The notes: generated from the letters alone by a model not told the origin. Shown: positions 24,121 through 38,108, numbered from the stretch's first letter. The stretch: DNA of 64,000 bases from Felis catus (GCF_018350175.1 NC_058368.1:113398001-113462000), one strand, 5' to 3'. Program-made: numbers and translations.

Positions 24121-24759
24121 TGTGAGGAACAAACAATAGATAGTAATAAGAGCTAAGCAAATATTTTAAAAGAGTGAGCAGTAGCAAGCTCCTGAAGGCC
24201 ACATTGGATTAGGTAGTCAGGGAAGACCTCTCAGAGTAGGTGACATTAAGCCATGGTCTCACAAGAAGGAGCCAGACTTTAGAAGATCAGGTGAGGAATA
24301 ATGCAGAAAAGGGACTGCAAAGGCTCCAAAGCAGGAGAAGATCCTGGAATGTTAGATAAAGACACAGGTCCCGAGAGATCACATGACTTTTCTAAGAACA
24401 CACCAGTCGGACAGAACCAGGACTTAACTTTAGAAAGCCTAGCCTCAGCCATGCATCCTCAGAGCAGTGAGCACAGAGATGTCTGAGACAGGTTAAGGTT
24501 TAAATGAGTTCCACCGGCAATCACCTGTTGGCCTCGCTCTGGACCTGGACTCACCCTTGTGACCATGGCCTTGCCAGAACAGGCCCAGCACTCTGCTTCA
24601 ACACAGGGGTCTTGACAAGTCATTGCTCCAGCTGCCAAAACTAAAGATGAATAGGCCAGAGAGAACCGACATCTCAGACTTAGTGGATACCATCTTTTGC
24701 TCACATAGGCAAATCCCCAGTATGCGTATATGAATTATAGGGTAAGGTTAAATGAACAT

Positions 24760-24960
24760 GAATTTTGCACCACAGCCAGTTCCAGTTGCTCATCAGAGCT
24801 TAGCTCCTTGGGTGCTGTGTGACCTCAGGCAAGTTATGCAACCTCTCTGAGCCATAAAGGAGAGTAGTGGCATCCCTCTTACACGATTGTTGGCAAGTGT
24901 GAATGAGGCAATATGTCAAATGCTGAACACTGACACTGGCAAGTCCTCAATCAATGTTAG
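24760..24960 (+). mobile_element. MIR
   Basis: gctgtgtgacctcaggcaagttatgcaacctctctgagc. Confidence 0.7.
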
Positions 24961-26179
24961 TTTCAACTCTTTCCCCCATGATTTTCCTTAAACATTCCTT
25001 TCATATCCACCAGTCCAAACTGAACTTTTTTTTTCTTCTCCAGATTTCTGTCCCAGGTCATCCTTATACCAAAATACAGCCTAGAAGCCATCTTGCTTCC
25101 CATGTCTACTTCCCAGGAGACTCCAGGGAGCCACATCTATTGCCAGGTCGGCCCTGCCCTCTACTGTAGCCCCTCCAGGGAGTCTGCTGTACGCAGCCTC
25201 CGTGGCCACCCCCCAGTATGCTCCACTCCACCCCCACCCCACTCAGGGAGGTTGAGCTGAAACCTGATACCTGGTATCTTATAAATGTACACAACAGGGT
25301 GCAAGGAGAAGAAAAAAAAATGGAATACAGGAGGTTCCTTTTTCTGCCAATACCCCAACCCTATGCAAATGTGTAACAGAGACTGTTGACCCCCCATCAC
25401 CCCACTGGCTGGGACTAGAGCAGCCATCAAGCCTTTTGTGATTCTGAAACAGCTAATGAGGGGCTGTGTTTCTGTGTAATCCAAACAGTATCCATTTCAT
25501 GCCCAATCGTTTTTTAAACGGGCAACAAATCTCCCTGATGTGTTCCTTTCTCTGACCAACAGAAACCCTGTCTGGTCTCTTTGTTGGCCTGTCCAATCAA
25601 CAAGGGCAAGTGGCCCTAGATGCCGATTCAAAGCCACAGGCACAAAGGCAGACCCGTGGGGCGTCTCCCTCCCTCAAGAAAACTCCACCTCATTGGAAGC
25701 CATGACCAGACCCAGGATGGTGAACAAAGACTGATGAAACGGCCAATTTTTAACCCATTTCTAAGTTGCCAGATGACAACATTTCCGACGAAGTTCACTC
25801 CTGTTTCAGGCAATAGCCTGAACAGACAGAATATGACAAAGCTTCAGAGGTGCCGTAGGAATCCAAACAGGGAGAAAGAAGGGGACCTGAGGGTTATATT
25901 CACAGGGCAGGACAAGTGCTCTGCATCCTGAGACATGGGGAGGGGCTGTAGCACAACTATCGGCAGGTGTTGCTGCAAAACTGAAGTGACGAGCTGGCCA
26001 TGGTCTGCCTTGCTCAGAGGGCGCCTGTTACCACACGCTTCCAGGGTCATAACTACCTCTCGGCCCATGCCTTCCTCACCAAGAGCTGGCAGAGTTCTCT
26101 CCTAGGGGACAATTCCTTATGGGAACACATCTCCTTAGCAACCAACCTCCTCCCCTTTGGATTTCAAAATGGAAATCAA

Positions 26180-26400
26180 TAGGTCATGGAGATGAAAATA
26201 AATAAGTCGCAGAGATGAAAGTACAGCATAGGGAATACAGTCAATAATACTGCAATGACACTGTATGGTGGCAGATAGTGACCACACTTGTCATGGTGAG
26301 CACTGAGTAATGTATAGAATTGTCAAATCACTGTACTATGCCCTCAAAACTAATATAACACTGTATGCCAATTATACTTCAGTAATACAGTAATAAAAGA
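26180..26400 (+). mobile_element. L1 3' terminus (L1MA/L1_Carn-like)
   Basis: aaaataaataagtc...aagtacagcatagggaatacagtcaataata...aaactaatataacactgtatg. Confidence 0.88.
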
Positions 26401-26411
26401 AATCAGTAGAA

Positions 26412-26550
26412 GGGGCTCCCGGGTGGCTCAGCCAGTTGACTGTCCAATTCCTGATGTCAGCTCAGGTCTTGATCTCAGGGTCATGAGTTCAAATCCTGAC
26501 TTGCGCTCCACGGAGGGTGTGGAGCCTACTTAAAAAAAAAAGAAAAGAAA
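26412..26550 (+). mobile_element. Short/older Can-SINE
   Basis: ggggctcccgggtggctcag...gatctcagggtcatgagttcaa...gagcctacttaaaaaaaaaa. Confidence 0.88.
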
Positions 26551-29103
26551 TTAAACTACCATAGACTAAACTCTCTTCCTTTGAACACCAGTAATTCCCC
26601 TATTTATTGATCAAAGACCCTCACTGAGTCCTACTCTGTGGCATGCATCATTTCGGGTGCTAAATAAGATAGGCCAGTCCCCATGCTTGTGTCAGTGACA
26701 GGCCCGTGAGAGCCATCAGGTATCTGCCACTCTGATCTCGTGGAATCCATAAGCAACCCCACGAGGCAGGTGTTTCCATCACACTCATTTAATAGTCAAG
26801 ATCACCCGAACACCCCACAAGTGTGCTTTCGCCAGCCCATACAGGGCTGTTACAGTTTTGAGTAAGGCACTAGCAGTAACAAGTGAGAGCATGTCATATA
26901 AAAATCCAGTATACATTTGTGGATTATTTTTAATTGGAAGATGTGGCCACACTTGGGCTTTCATTCCCGCATGGCTGCCTCCTTTACCCCAGCATCGCCT
27001 GTGCCCCCTTTATGCTCTATTTTGCTTTCCTCTTTCTCTTTTTTCTTCTCTCCTACATTCAGGGCCTGCCTGGCCCTGAAGGCACTGGTGTTCATTCCAC
27101 CCACAGCTCATAAGAATTTATCTTTTCTTCACAAAATAAAGAACTACACCGTTCACATTCGATACTTCATTCACTTAGCCAAGACTCCCCAAACAAGTGG
27201 GGTAGAATGTTCCAGAAGGGTTCGTTTACTTGAGTTTAAAAGCAGTTACCAGTCCACAGTATTTCAGTGTTTGGCAAACAACATAATTTTTTTTTAAGCT
27301 TAACAGGCTGTCTAATTATTCTTCCTTTGAATTTTCACATCTGCATAATTAATTTAGCAATCCTCTGCCCTGGAGAATTTTCCCCTCTTAACAGGCTTTA
27401 CTCTGCTTTTTTTTTCTTAAGAGTCTTGACTGTGCTGAACATCAGTCTTACTGTGGCCAGAGCCCAGAGGTGACTGTGGGATAGGAGCAGGTGGAACAGT
27501 AGCAAAGGGACCTCCTCCCCACTAATGTTTTCACCAGCCTAGGCTTTCACCCTCCTGAGTCATGCCCAAGGGCAGGGGAGGACACCTCCTACATACCTTC
27601 CTGATGTGTACAGGTTCCTGCTAATCACTTGGTCTGCAACTAACATCCTTTTGACATATCCCAAGCCACAGAAACCCCATTTCCTGGGCACTAGTGATGT
27701 GAATGAACAAATTCCTTTGGATGAAAAGGAATGTTAACCAGGGGTCTGTGGACAACCTTCAGAGGGTCTAAAACCTGCATCCAAATTCTTACGCACGTTT
27801 TTGTGATCTGAAGGACCCAGAGTGGATGTTCACCTTGAATCCTTCAGTCCCCTTGTAGCAGCACCCCACTTCCCTGTACTCATTCTGTCTCCCCATTGTG
27901 CACAGGCTAGGTGGGACAGTGGTCCAGAGTGCCAAACTCCCACTAAAAAGACATGGGTGATGGGTGTCAGGTGACTATTCCCCTTCCTGCCCTTGTGTAT
28001 TCAATCCCACCGCCCTTCCTGCAACTGCATCCTGAATGAGAGGTCCCAGGGCAGAGAGGACAGGGGGGCACTACTAGACTGTGTCTGCTGCTGCCTAGCT
28101 CCCCGGTGCTGCCTTAGCCCCACTTCCAACCCGGGTTTACACTCCAGCTCCCGAAGCCTCTGCAAGCCATAGATATCCTTCCCTTGATGCGTGGGTCCGA
28201 CTCTAGTGCCAGAGAACTCTTAGGCAAATTCATGCCATCGAGAGAATGTCACAGGGGTCTGATGTTAGAAACCACACTTCGAAGGCAGTGAATGGTCCCT
28301 GTCGGTTGAAATGCAGCCACACATCAGTTAAGCCAGTTAATACACTGAGCCATCACTCAGAGTGACTGGGGTCAACAGAATCTCCTCAACATCGCAGCCC
28401 AGAGAAAGCTGCCCCTTGGGGTCATGAACAATATTGCCCATACCTCTGGAGTGTGGGTAGTGAGATTTACACAGAACACCCCTGGGAAAGTCAGCGGGCA
28501 AGGGATGTTAGCTGTGCCACAAAAGGGCAGGAGTCCTGGGGATGCTGGGAGAAAGGAGGGCCAATGGAGAGAGGACAGGCTGGGCTATGAGAAGACCCCT
28601 AAGCAAACCTCATCCTTCACAGGGGGGCCATGTGATAACCTGGTCCACAGGGTGTTGGTGACCAGTATACCCAGGGTCTCATTCAGGAGAGCAAACCACC
28701 ACCTTTTGGGGCATCTCCAGGCTTCCCAGGGGGAAAGATGGTGGCACCACCTCTCAGATTAACAGGTGCATGAAAACACTGGCATGCCTCTCAGTCCTAA
28801 GACCAAATTCTTAGTCCAGAATCTGATCCTGCTGGAATCAGGTGTCCACCTGGACCCCATCATCTAGGGCCTGAAGTAAGGGTTCTGGTCTCAGAAAGAA
28901 AGCATGGCCAACAGGAGCCTACCCATGGGACTTTCTTCCTCTTCTTCTTCTTCTTGGTGTTTTTTTTTTTTTTTGATAGAGATAAATATTCCTAGAGAAG
29001 GGGTAGTTTCAAGTTGGGTAGTTTCAAGTTTCAAGATACCTCCAAGGATATCAACCTCAGGAATCACATGAGGTAGGCAGGCATGCATGCATGCATTCGT
29101 GCA

Positions 29104-29116
29104 TAAGTAAGTAAGT

Positions 29117-29152
<36 letters not shown>
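29104..29152. repeat. (TAAG)n microsatellite
   Basis: Seen directly. Confidence 0.95.
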
Positions 29153-30103
29153 AGCTTTGAAAATGAGATCGCCTCTGTTTTGAACAATCTGAGCCGCTAG
29201 GGCAAAGACCATAGAGTTGACTCTTGATGTCAAGTGCATGTTGTCTCACCAATTTCCAAATGCAGCTAATTTGGATCATAAGCAACCTCCAGACGCTTTA
29301 GACAGAGTACATCATGGTATCCCATGTTCTTCTGGAGCCCCCAAACTCTCTCCCCAAGTAAGGCTGACCATCCTTCCTGTCACCCGAGCTCACACTTCTC
29401 TTTCTTTGGGCTCCAATGGCAATCACTGCTTATGCTGTAAATGCATCACCACTCTACAAATTTAGTTATGATTTACATTTCTACCCATTTTTTTGTGTCA
29501 CTTACCAAACTGGTAGCTGTGTCTTAAAAATATATGTTTTTACTTCTCTCAGGGCATTCAGTATCATACTTCTGTTGATAAAACGTTATCAACAAGTTTA
29601 TAATAAACACGTTGTTTATAATATTGTGGTACCACCTAAAATGTTTTTTTTTTTCTCCAAACTGCTTTCGTATTCCACCTTCTCTAGGATGTGCCTCCAT
29701 CTAAAATGTGAGCAACGTGGAAGATTTTTAAAACCCATCTTTTTTCATCAAGTATTCAGAGCCACCACTACCCAATTTCCATGATGTAAGAATAAGATCC
29801 AATAGCTGTCACAGTCTGGGTAAGATCTAAGAGGTGCCGTTCTCTATTTGCATCTTTGGTGGTATATTATATGTGGAATTAACTCATTGTGAATCCAGGG
29901 CCCCAGCACAATATTTCGGCTAGCTTTGTATTTTCACTTTCAAGCTGGTAAGGTAGTTGTTTTCTGCTTCTTTTCCCCAGCCCTAGGGAAAACGAAGTCG
30001 CTGATCAATAGACTATTCCCATTTGCTTGAGTCTCCTGAGAAAACCTTCTGTCTGCTTGCAGTGTCATCTGAAGTAACACTAAGGAACAATTTGTGTTTA
30101 GAT

Positions 30104-30124
30104 CAGGGATTATTTGCGCGCGCG

Positions 30125-30177
<53 letters not shown>

Positions 30178-30389
30178 CCCTTCAGGAGACATGTGGCAAT
30201 GTCTGGAGAAAATCTGTTTGTACATCTGGTGTCAGCAGGGATGGGGGAGGGCGGGGCAACAATACTATTGGCATTTAGTAGGTAGAGGTCAGAGATGGTG
30301 CTAAACATTTTACAATCCACAGGACCATCCCTCATAACCGAGAACTATCTGGTGCAAAATGTCGACAGTTCCAAGGTAGAGATACCCGA
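30104..30389 (+). mobile_element. MER20 (hAT-Charlie MITE) carrying a (GC)n(AC)n tract
   Basis: ggagacatgtggcaatgtctggaga...ggtagaggtcagagatggtgctaaacat...aaaatgtcgacagttccaagg; 8-bp TSD gtttagat (30096-30103) / gcttagat (30390-30397). Confidence 0.88.
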
Positions 30390-30521
30390 GCTTAGATACA
30401 CAAGGCGTAGTGGCCAGAACTACTGTTTAAAACATTCTTTGGGGCTGGGTTCATTTCCATATGAGGGATGAGAAGTGAGTGAGGCTAGCTGGAACTGGAG
30501 GCCTAAGAAAGATGGAGCAGG

Positions 30522-30744
30522 GGGGTGCCTGGGTGGCTCAATCGGTTAAGTGTCCAACTTCAGCCCGGGTCATGATCTCACAGTTCATGAGTTCGAGCCC
30601 CGCGTCAGGCTCTGTGCTGACAGCCTGGAGCCTGGAGACTGCTTCAGATTCTGTGTCTCCCTCTCTCTCTCTCTGCACCCCCCCCCGCCAGCTCATGCTT
30701 GCACTCTGTCTCTGTCAAAAATAAATAAACTTAAAAAAAAAAAA
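30522..30744 (+). mobile_element. Can-SINE (SINEC_Fc-like)
   Basis: Full length; TSD aagaaagatggagcagg / aagaaagcgggagcagg. Confidence 0.95.
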
Positions 30745-31499
30745 AAGAAAGCGGGAGCAGGAACATGGGGTTTGTCCCCGGAGAACCTATCTGTCCCATG
30801 TCAGCATTGGAAGGTCCTCCAGAAATTACGTAAGCCAATTTCCTCATGATACTATAGAAGAAACGAAGTCCAGAGGGGAGGAGACCAACTTTCCCAAGGC
30901 TTCTGGGCAGGCTCTAGCTGCAGAGCTGAAAAGAGATCCCCGATCTCGTGCTTCCAGCCCAGAGTTCCTTCTGCTCCATCACACTGATCCCCAGGAAAAG
31001 AGAAAAGGAGACACAGTTCCAAAACCACCACTGGTCTTTAAATTCCTGGGATGGGAAATAAGATGGGAACTAAGAAGAGAACTTTCTGACCCAAGAGGGA
31101 ACAATAGGCACATTCTGGAGACTAGAAGTCAACAGACACGCATTTAGGATCTACTGTATGCCAGGCACTGGTTTAGGGGCTGGAAATACAACAGTGAATG
31201 AGCGATACAAAAATGCCTGGTGCCACGTGACTTCACCTCAGGTAATACAGGCCAGGGTGTCAGGCATGGCCACGAGGGAAAGGGAGAGAAGCTGAGGCCA
31301 AAGCTAAGCCCAAGCAAACGCCAAGTACCCTAATATCCCCTCCAGGGCTCAAAGAGCTTGAAAAAGGTAAGCTCTCTAAGTACCTTTAAAAAGGATGATG
31401 CAACATTTTCCTCCAGGCTCTAAAACTTTCATAGGTCACTAGGTATTACATTACCTAGCAATTACCTAGTAATGCATTCCTAGGTAATATAGTAGTAGT

Positions 31500-31740
31500 G
31501 ATGATAATAATAATGGCCAACATTTCCTGGAGACAGATATGTGTGCAGGATGCTGTGCCACGCACTTACATACGCCATCTCATTAAATCCTCGTAACAGC
31601 CCCGGGACGGAGGTATCATTACCCGGATTTACAGACGCAGAAACTTGGGTTCAATGACGCAAAACAACTAGTTCAAGGTCACATAGCTAGAGCAACTCAC
31701 ACAAAGGTCTGTCTGCCACCAAGACCTTAGCTCTTAATGA
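31500..31740 (-). mobile_element. MIR (near full length)
   Basis: ctcattaaatcctcgtaacagccc...atttacagacgcagaaact...caaggtcacatagctag. Confidence 0.8.
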
Positions 31741-32591
31741 CTAGGCTGGATGGTGTCAAGACTTCCTAAGCTTTCAGAGCTAAGGCAGAGCAGTCAACAT
31801 GGCCAACACGTGATTCTCAATTTCTTCTTCCTCTGTTATGTATGACCCAAATGGCGGGCCTGCAGTTCATCCATAAGGTCTTACAGCGAACAAACAGCTA
31901 TCTTCATTAATATATATTGTATTTCTTTCTGTTCAATGTGGCTTCTCAGAAAATTTAAACTGTCAGCAGACCATGTATTTCAAACTCCTGTATTTCACAC
32001 AGACCATAAAAAGCCACCCAGCATGAGGACCACCTTGTTTGAAATGTAAATGTTCGTACGCTGTTAAAAACTGAAAAGCAGGGAGGGTATATAAAGTATG
32101 CATTTGCACTTTTGAACACCATCAGGCAAAACAGATTGCTTGCTGCCCCATAAATTTTCAGCACTAGATTAAATTTTGTTAATGGGACTAAGAACATCCA
32201 AAATAACCCATTTTTCTATGTGAATACTGGATCTAAGTCATTAGTTCTCCACCAGATTAAGGTTGGTGTTTTTTCAATCCTGTCAAGAATCTCATCAAAC
32301 GTCTCTCTGCCCAGGCGCATGATGACTGGGGCTGGAAGGCCCATATACAGAGCGGCAGAGGCAAGGCACCATGGGTATGGGGACCACAAGCTGACCAAGT
32401 CAGCTGGGCCTATGAACTTCAGGGATAAATGCATGAGAATCTCATTCAGCCAACATTGAGAGAATACCTGCTATATATCTGAAAATACAGGTGCTTTCAT
32501 ATGGGTTTCCTTATTTAAACCTAACCAGAAATGTGGGAAGTAAGAGTTACCTCTCCCACATCACTAATCACAAAAAAAGAGAGGCTCAGAT

Positions 32592-32827
32592 GGGATGCCT
32601 GGGTGGCTCAGTCAGTTAAGCATCTAACTCTTGATTTCAGCTCAGGTCATGATCTCACAGTACGTGAGATTGAGCCTCGTGTCAGGTTCTGTGCTGACCG
32701 GTCGGAGCCTGGAGCGAGCCTGCTTCGGATTCTGGGTCTCCCTTTCTCTCTGCCCCTCCCCTGCTCACACTGTGTGCGTCTCTCTCAAAAATAAATAAAC
32801 ATTAAAAAAAATTAATAAAAATAAAAA
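32592..32827 (+). mobile_element. Can-SINE
   Basis: gggatgcctgggtggctcagtcagttaag...ctcaaaaataaataaacatt. Confidence 0.93.
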
Positions 32828-32829
32828 GA

Positions 32830-33040
32830 AGAGAACCAGGGAAGGTGCTTACCCCCTTGGTCTCCGTGTACACGGAGGCGAGGCCATGTGAGGACAGGGT
32901 GAGAAGGTGGCATCCGTGAAACGTGCAGATAACCAACCGTGCTGCCACCCTGGTCTCTGACTTCCGGCCTCCAGAACCATGTTGTTGAAGCCCCTCAGGC
33001 AATGGCAGTGTATTAGGGGGGCCCAGGCTGACTGCTACCG
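32830..33040 (+). mobile_element. MLT1 LTR fragment
   Basis: gccatgtgaggacagggtgagaaggtggc...gacttccggcctccagaac. Confidence 0.8.
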
Positions 33041-34187
33041 GCACTATTACCATTATCATTTTGAAGCTAAGAAAATGGAGGTTCAGAGAGACTATGAAAG
33101 TCTCCTCAGTGCACGGAGTAATAAGCTTTGATTCAGACTCTACTGTGAGTGACTACAAAGCCCTTCCCATTCATCACGTGCCCTACCCCCACCACATGTA
33201 CAGTACCAGGCACATGCATGTACAGTATCACCACATGCATGTACCAGGCACAAGACTGTCAGCATAGCAGGTATATAAATGCCTGTGATCGAGGGACCCA
33301 GGGGTGAGGTGTCCTATGGGGTGAGCAGGGAGAACCCACAAGCGAATTCAGGTAGGAGCAACACTGCTTTTTCCCTGGACTGGCCCATCTCTGAATGCAT
33401 TCCTGTCTCTGGACAGCCTCCTCCGTCTCACGTTCAATCCCACAAGCTTGGGAAGCCGTGTGGTCATTTCTTCACTGATGAACCTTACCTGTCTCTGTGC
33501 TCCCCCTGACTTCCCCTGCACCTGCTACAGAGCGGGGGCTCCATAAACTGCCGGAGTGGCAGGAAATGTTCTTGCAACCACCACACGAAATGGTGCGACC
33601 ATCACACCACAGCGCAATGTGATGTGAAGGGTCAGAATCTAGCTCATAACAGGTGCTCTGTGAACGTGTGCCGAATAAAGGAAACTCTACTCCTCCATTT
33701 TAAGCAACCGAGAGAGATCTGTGTTAACATTAAGACAGCTTTAACTTAGCCCCGGATCAAAGCAGCCATCACAAAAAATTACAAATGACAAAAGGAAGGA
33801 ACTGAAGACAAGAGAGGCAAATCCCATGCTGGCACACAGTAGGTATTCAACAACATTCCCTGACCTCATGAATTTATCGGCTAACAATCCCTATAAAGAG
33901 AAACCCACGCTTGAGTTTCAACTGCCATTCCTATTTGGGGGGGGGGGGCGACACGACAACCGTCATGCCTTTCTGGTAAACATATGTTATCTGTGTGCCT
34001 CCAATTATAAAGGTGACTGCGACTTAAAATTCCATTACAAGTACCAGAGCAGCCGCTCCGGTGCCCCGTGCATGTCTCACATATTAAATCACCGTGGACA
34101 ATCTGCCTCTCTGGCCGGCAAATGGCCTGAGCATCTGGCCTTTGAATCACAGGTTTTCATACTTCTATTTAAAAAAAGAAAGAAGGA

Positions 34188-34251
34188 AAGGAGAGGAGAG
34201 GAGAGGAGAGGAGAGGAGAGGAGAGGAGAGGAGAGGAGAGGAGAGGAGAGG
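34188..34251. repeat. (GGAGA)n pentanucleotide repeat
   Basis: About 12 perfect units. Confidence 0.95.
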
Positions 34252-35539
34252 TTTCACAAGAAACTCATTGGTGGTTGCACTTAAACCCTTGGTACCACAG
34301 AAGGCAGCCCTGGCCTTTAACACCAGCCCACGGCATTTCTAAAATTTTCCAGATGGAGAAGAAAAACGCAAGACAATTGGCTCCACCGATTTCCAAAAAG
34401 ATGGTCAGGCTGGCCCTCTAACGTAACCCGTAGGAAGTGCCCAGTCCTGCAAGCTGATTTATGTGAAAACACCGATACTCGGCTGTGCCCTTCCATTCAT
34501 TGTGACGCCTCGTGATGGCAGGATAATGAGGATTTGGAAAACAAGAGTCCATGAATAGCTAGGGCGTGATACAGTGAGGGGAACAGTAACAAGACTGCCA
34601 AGCCATCCTAGTTGCCATGTAGAGAAACCAATTATCCAGAGGCCCCTCTCCCCTGCAGGAGGACGAGCCTCTGTGCATCAATATTTCACGCACTGTCATC
34701 TGTGCATTATTTAATAAAGCAATTGAGGGATGAGTTTATTTTATTTTTCAACCTTTCCGCCAGAGACCCAGGCCCCCAGTACTCAAGGCTGGAACTCAGC
34801 TGGCAATCAGAGAGATGTATTTGCAGATTTTTTGAGGCCACAGGGCTGTTTCTGGTCTTAACTACACACTCCCAATGTCTAATACACATTCCTTACCCCA
34901 GGGACACCCAATCACCGTCTGTTCCTGCTGATGAAGGTGAACTCACTTCACAATCCAATCAACAGTGAGGCAATCAATCACCAGGTCACCAGACATTTAG
35001 TGAGTGCCACGCTGAGGGATACGACGCTTACAAACCGGGATCCCTCCCCTCATGGACCCTTAAGGGTTTCCTCAGAGACAATATGAAAACACACAGACAG
35101 GGAAATGGTAGGGACCGCAAACCCGCTAAGCGCATGACTACCACACTGGTCATGCGCAGGATCCAGCATGTCAAAGGCAAGGTCCATGTCTGTATCCTTC
35201 TTTCCATGCAAACTTTAACTCCCTTCCTTCTAGCACCAGACTCCCATCCGTGTGTTGTATTGGTGGGAATGCAGTTTCCACTCATTCTTGCCTGTTACCC
35301 TGTGGTGAAAGGGACCAGATACTTCTTTTTCCTCAGTCCTGGCATAGCTGTGGGCCATGCATGTCGTATGAGCCCAGCCCCAGACCTCCTTCGGAGTCTT
35401 TAAGGAGTGACTCAGAAAATCCGAAGATCCGGCTCACCACAGCCCAGGTGCTAGCACTTGGACTTGACCATTTCCAATGTCTGGCCTTCAGCAGAACCCT
35501 CAGCTTCTACCCACACTCCAAGCCCCCGCTCCCAGTAGT

Positions 35540-35635
35540 TCTTTGAACTCCTGCCATCCTTCTAATAAAACACCTGTTTCTTCAGCTTTCTTAAGCCAAG
35601 AAAATTGGCTTCTGCTTTTTGCAACCAAGAAGCTG
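35540..35635 (+). mobile_element. Old MLT1 LTR 3' end
   Basis: aataaa...cttaagcca...ttggcttctgctttttgcaaccaaga. Confidence 0.5.
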
Positions 35636-37291
35636 CCTGTTCAAGAACTGTTTGNNNNNNNNNNNNNNNNNNNNNNNNNNNNNNNNNNNNNNNNNNNNNN
35701 NNNNNNNNNNNNNNNNNNNNNNNNNNNNNNNNNNNNNNNNNNNNNNNNNNNNNNNNNNNNNNNNNNNNNNNNNNNNNNNNNNTGCTAGTCAGTGCTAGTC
35801 AGTCTCATCATCAGGGGTAGACTAACCAACCAGCAGACTGAGCCTGTGCTGAGGGTCCGACACATACATGTGTAAGACTGTGGTATTTCACAAACAATAA
35901 ACACCACCAAGCTGTGGATAAGAATCACAGGAAATGGAACTGTATTGCTCTTTCTTGAATGCATTTTGTAGTTTAGCACTGTTTTTATTTTGAAGTGCCT
36001 ATGAAGGTCAGAGCTTAGGAATCTGAAAATTTTTAGCCTGGCTCTGCTCAGTGAATAGTTCTCTCTGCATTTATCCCATATCCTTAATCACGATACTGAC
36101 TCCTATGGGGTAAAGGCTGGGCATTTCTGGTCCTCAGTATCTAGCTACCACCTATCTCGCACCATCTATGTGTTAGGTAGTTACCAAATCCTAAGTATGC
36201 ATGTTAGCATTCAATCCTCCCACAATGTACCACAAAGTATACAGTAATAGCATTTTATAGTAAAAGACACAGAGGTCAGAGAAGGTAAGGACCTGGTCCT
36301 AATTTACCTGTCTTGGTGAAAGGTCCAAACATACTCTAAGGGATTCAAGAGCTTCTGGGTCTAATCTAGCCAGCAAGTTATGTCCCTTAACGATAACTCT
36401 CAGGCATCTGTCATAGTCAAATCCAACGACCCAAGTCCTAGGAGCTAAAGGAAACTTGAGCTGTACCTAAGCCAGCCTCCAGTTTCTGCCTAAGCTTTCC
36501 CTCTGGAAAGGAGGCCATCTCCTCCAACCTGGATGTGGGCACTCTGTGGCGGCCTGTGCTGGAAGGTGACAATCCCACACTGAGTGGAAACCCTTCCGCT
36601 AGCAGGTTAAACATACTTCTCTCCTCTCCACAGGGAAGGGACAAGCTGACCTAACTCGGTGGCATAATTGGCTTTCATATGCTTCAAGACAATTACTAGG
36701 TCTCCCTGCAGGCTTCTTTTCCTGAGGCTACAATTCCTAATTATTTTTCACACGTGCCCTAATTTCCAACTCCACAATCAAATCTGTTGCTCTCCTTTGA
36801 ACCGTGCCCTTGCTGTCCTTTGCAGTTAGTGGTCCTGACACATGGGTATCATGTCCCAGTGCCTGGTCTTGTCCATCCTCTTAGGCCTGACTCAGGTGCC
36901 TGGATCACCAGGGCAGAGGTGAAAAGGACCATCGTAAAAGGTGGCTGACAGCCCCCACCCCAAAAGGGAGCAATGACTTGATCACAAATTCCATTACAAA
37001 GCTGGATCATTGGCAGGTCCAAGCACCCAGAAGTTGGTGGCACAAAGGGAAGAAATACCATTCTGACTTGGCACCAGGGAAGTCCTAGCCCTTCATGAGC
37101 CCCTGATGTTCTCTAAGAAGTGATAGAGACAGCCAGAAAAGAGGGGTCTAGCACATGTCCATAGGAAGGAATGAAGAGGAGTGAAGGGAAAAGGGGTATG
37201 ATGCACCCTGTGGAGAAGGCATCACCTAAGGGATGGTGCACTGCCAGAGACAAGATGGCCACCACTGTCTTACCATGCTGTACGTGTATGT

Positions 37292-37292
<1 letters not shown>

Positions 37293-37332
<40 letters not shown>
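37293..37332. repeat. (CA)n microsatellite
   Basis: Seen directly. Confidence 0.97.
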
Positions 37333-37334
<2 letters not shown>

Positions 37335-37921
37335 ATGCAGATCTAATTCCTACTCCTTCCACAGATGTCTATGACTCATTTAGTCCCTGCCCTCAAAAAG
37401 CTTCCAAGATTACAAAAAGAAAGGGACCAAGTGTCACAAGGGAAAAATGACGTTACTATGGCAATGAACGTTATGAAGAGAGAGAAATCACTACCTGTAC
37501 CAGGCATGAAGGGGGCTTACAGACACAGGGGCAACGAACGTGGGGGCAGTGGCAGGGCGTGCTTAACAGTGCATGCTAATACAAGACACATGGAAATTGG
37601 CGGGGAGGAAAGCCAGGCGACCAGCAGTGACAATAAAAGCCCCAGTGTTTTTGGCAGGTAAAATTGAGTAAAATTTTGAGTAAAACTGTGATATAACTGG
37701 AATTGTACATGATTTACAAATAATATTGAACATAACATCTTTACAAGTGCAAATGTTCAATCTCTCTAATTCCCATGGAAGCCACTCGGGGACAAAGTGC
37801 AGTTGTGCCAGGAAAAATATTGTAGAAGATTGCAAAGTGTTACATTTTGGTCTATCCACTCCTGGAAGTGCTGGATTGCTCCATCAAGAGTTACTGTCAG
37901 TCAATATAGCACAGTGGGGGT

Positions 37922-38108
37922 GGGGGCACATGGGTGGCTCAGTTGGTTAAGCCTCCTACTCTTGATTTCGGCTCAGGTCATGATCTTGTGGTTCGTGGGT
38001 TCCAGCCCCGCAGTGGGCTCTGTGTGGACAATGTGGAGCCTGCTTGGGATTCTTTCCCTCCCCCTCTCTCTCTGCCCCTCCAGTGTGCACGTGCTCTCCC
38101 TCCCTCTC
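37922..38108 (+). mobile_element. Can-SINE lacking an A tail, inserted in a MIR
   Basis: ggggcacatgggtggctcag..., ends within the CT region; the MIR resumes at cagtggttaaaagc. Confidence 0.85.

Noticed and set aside
35783-35803. tgctagtcag direct duplication
   Set aside because: Abuts an assembly gap; may be an artefact and is trivial in size.
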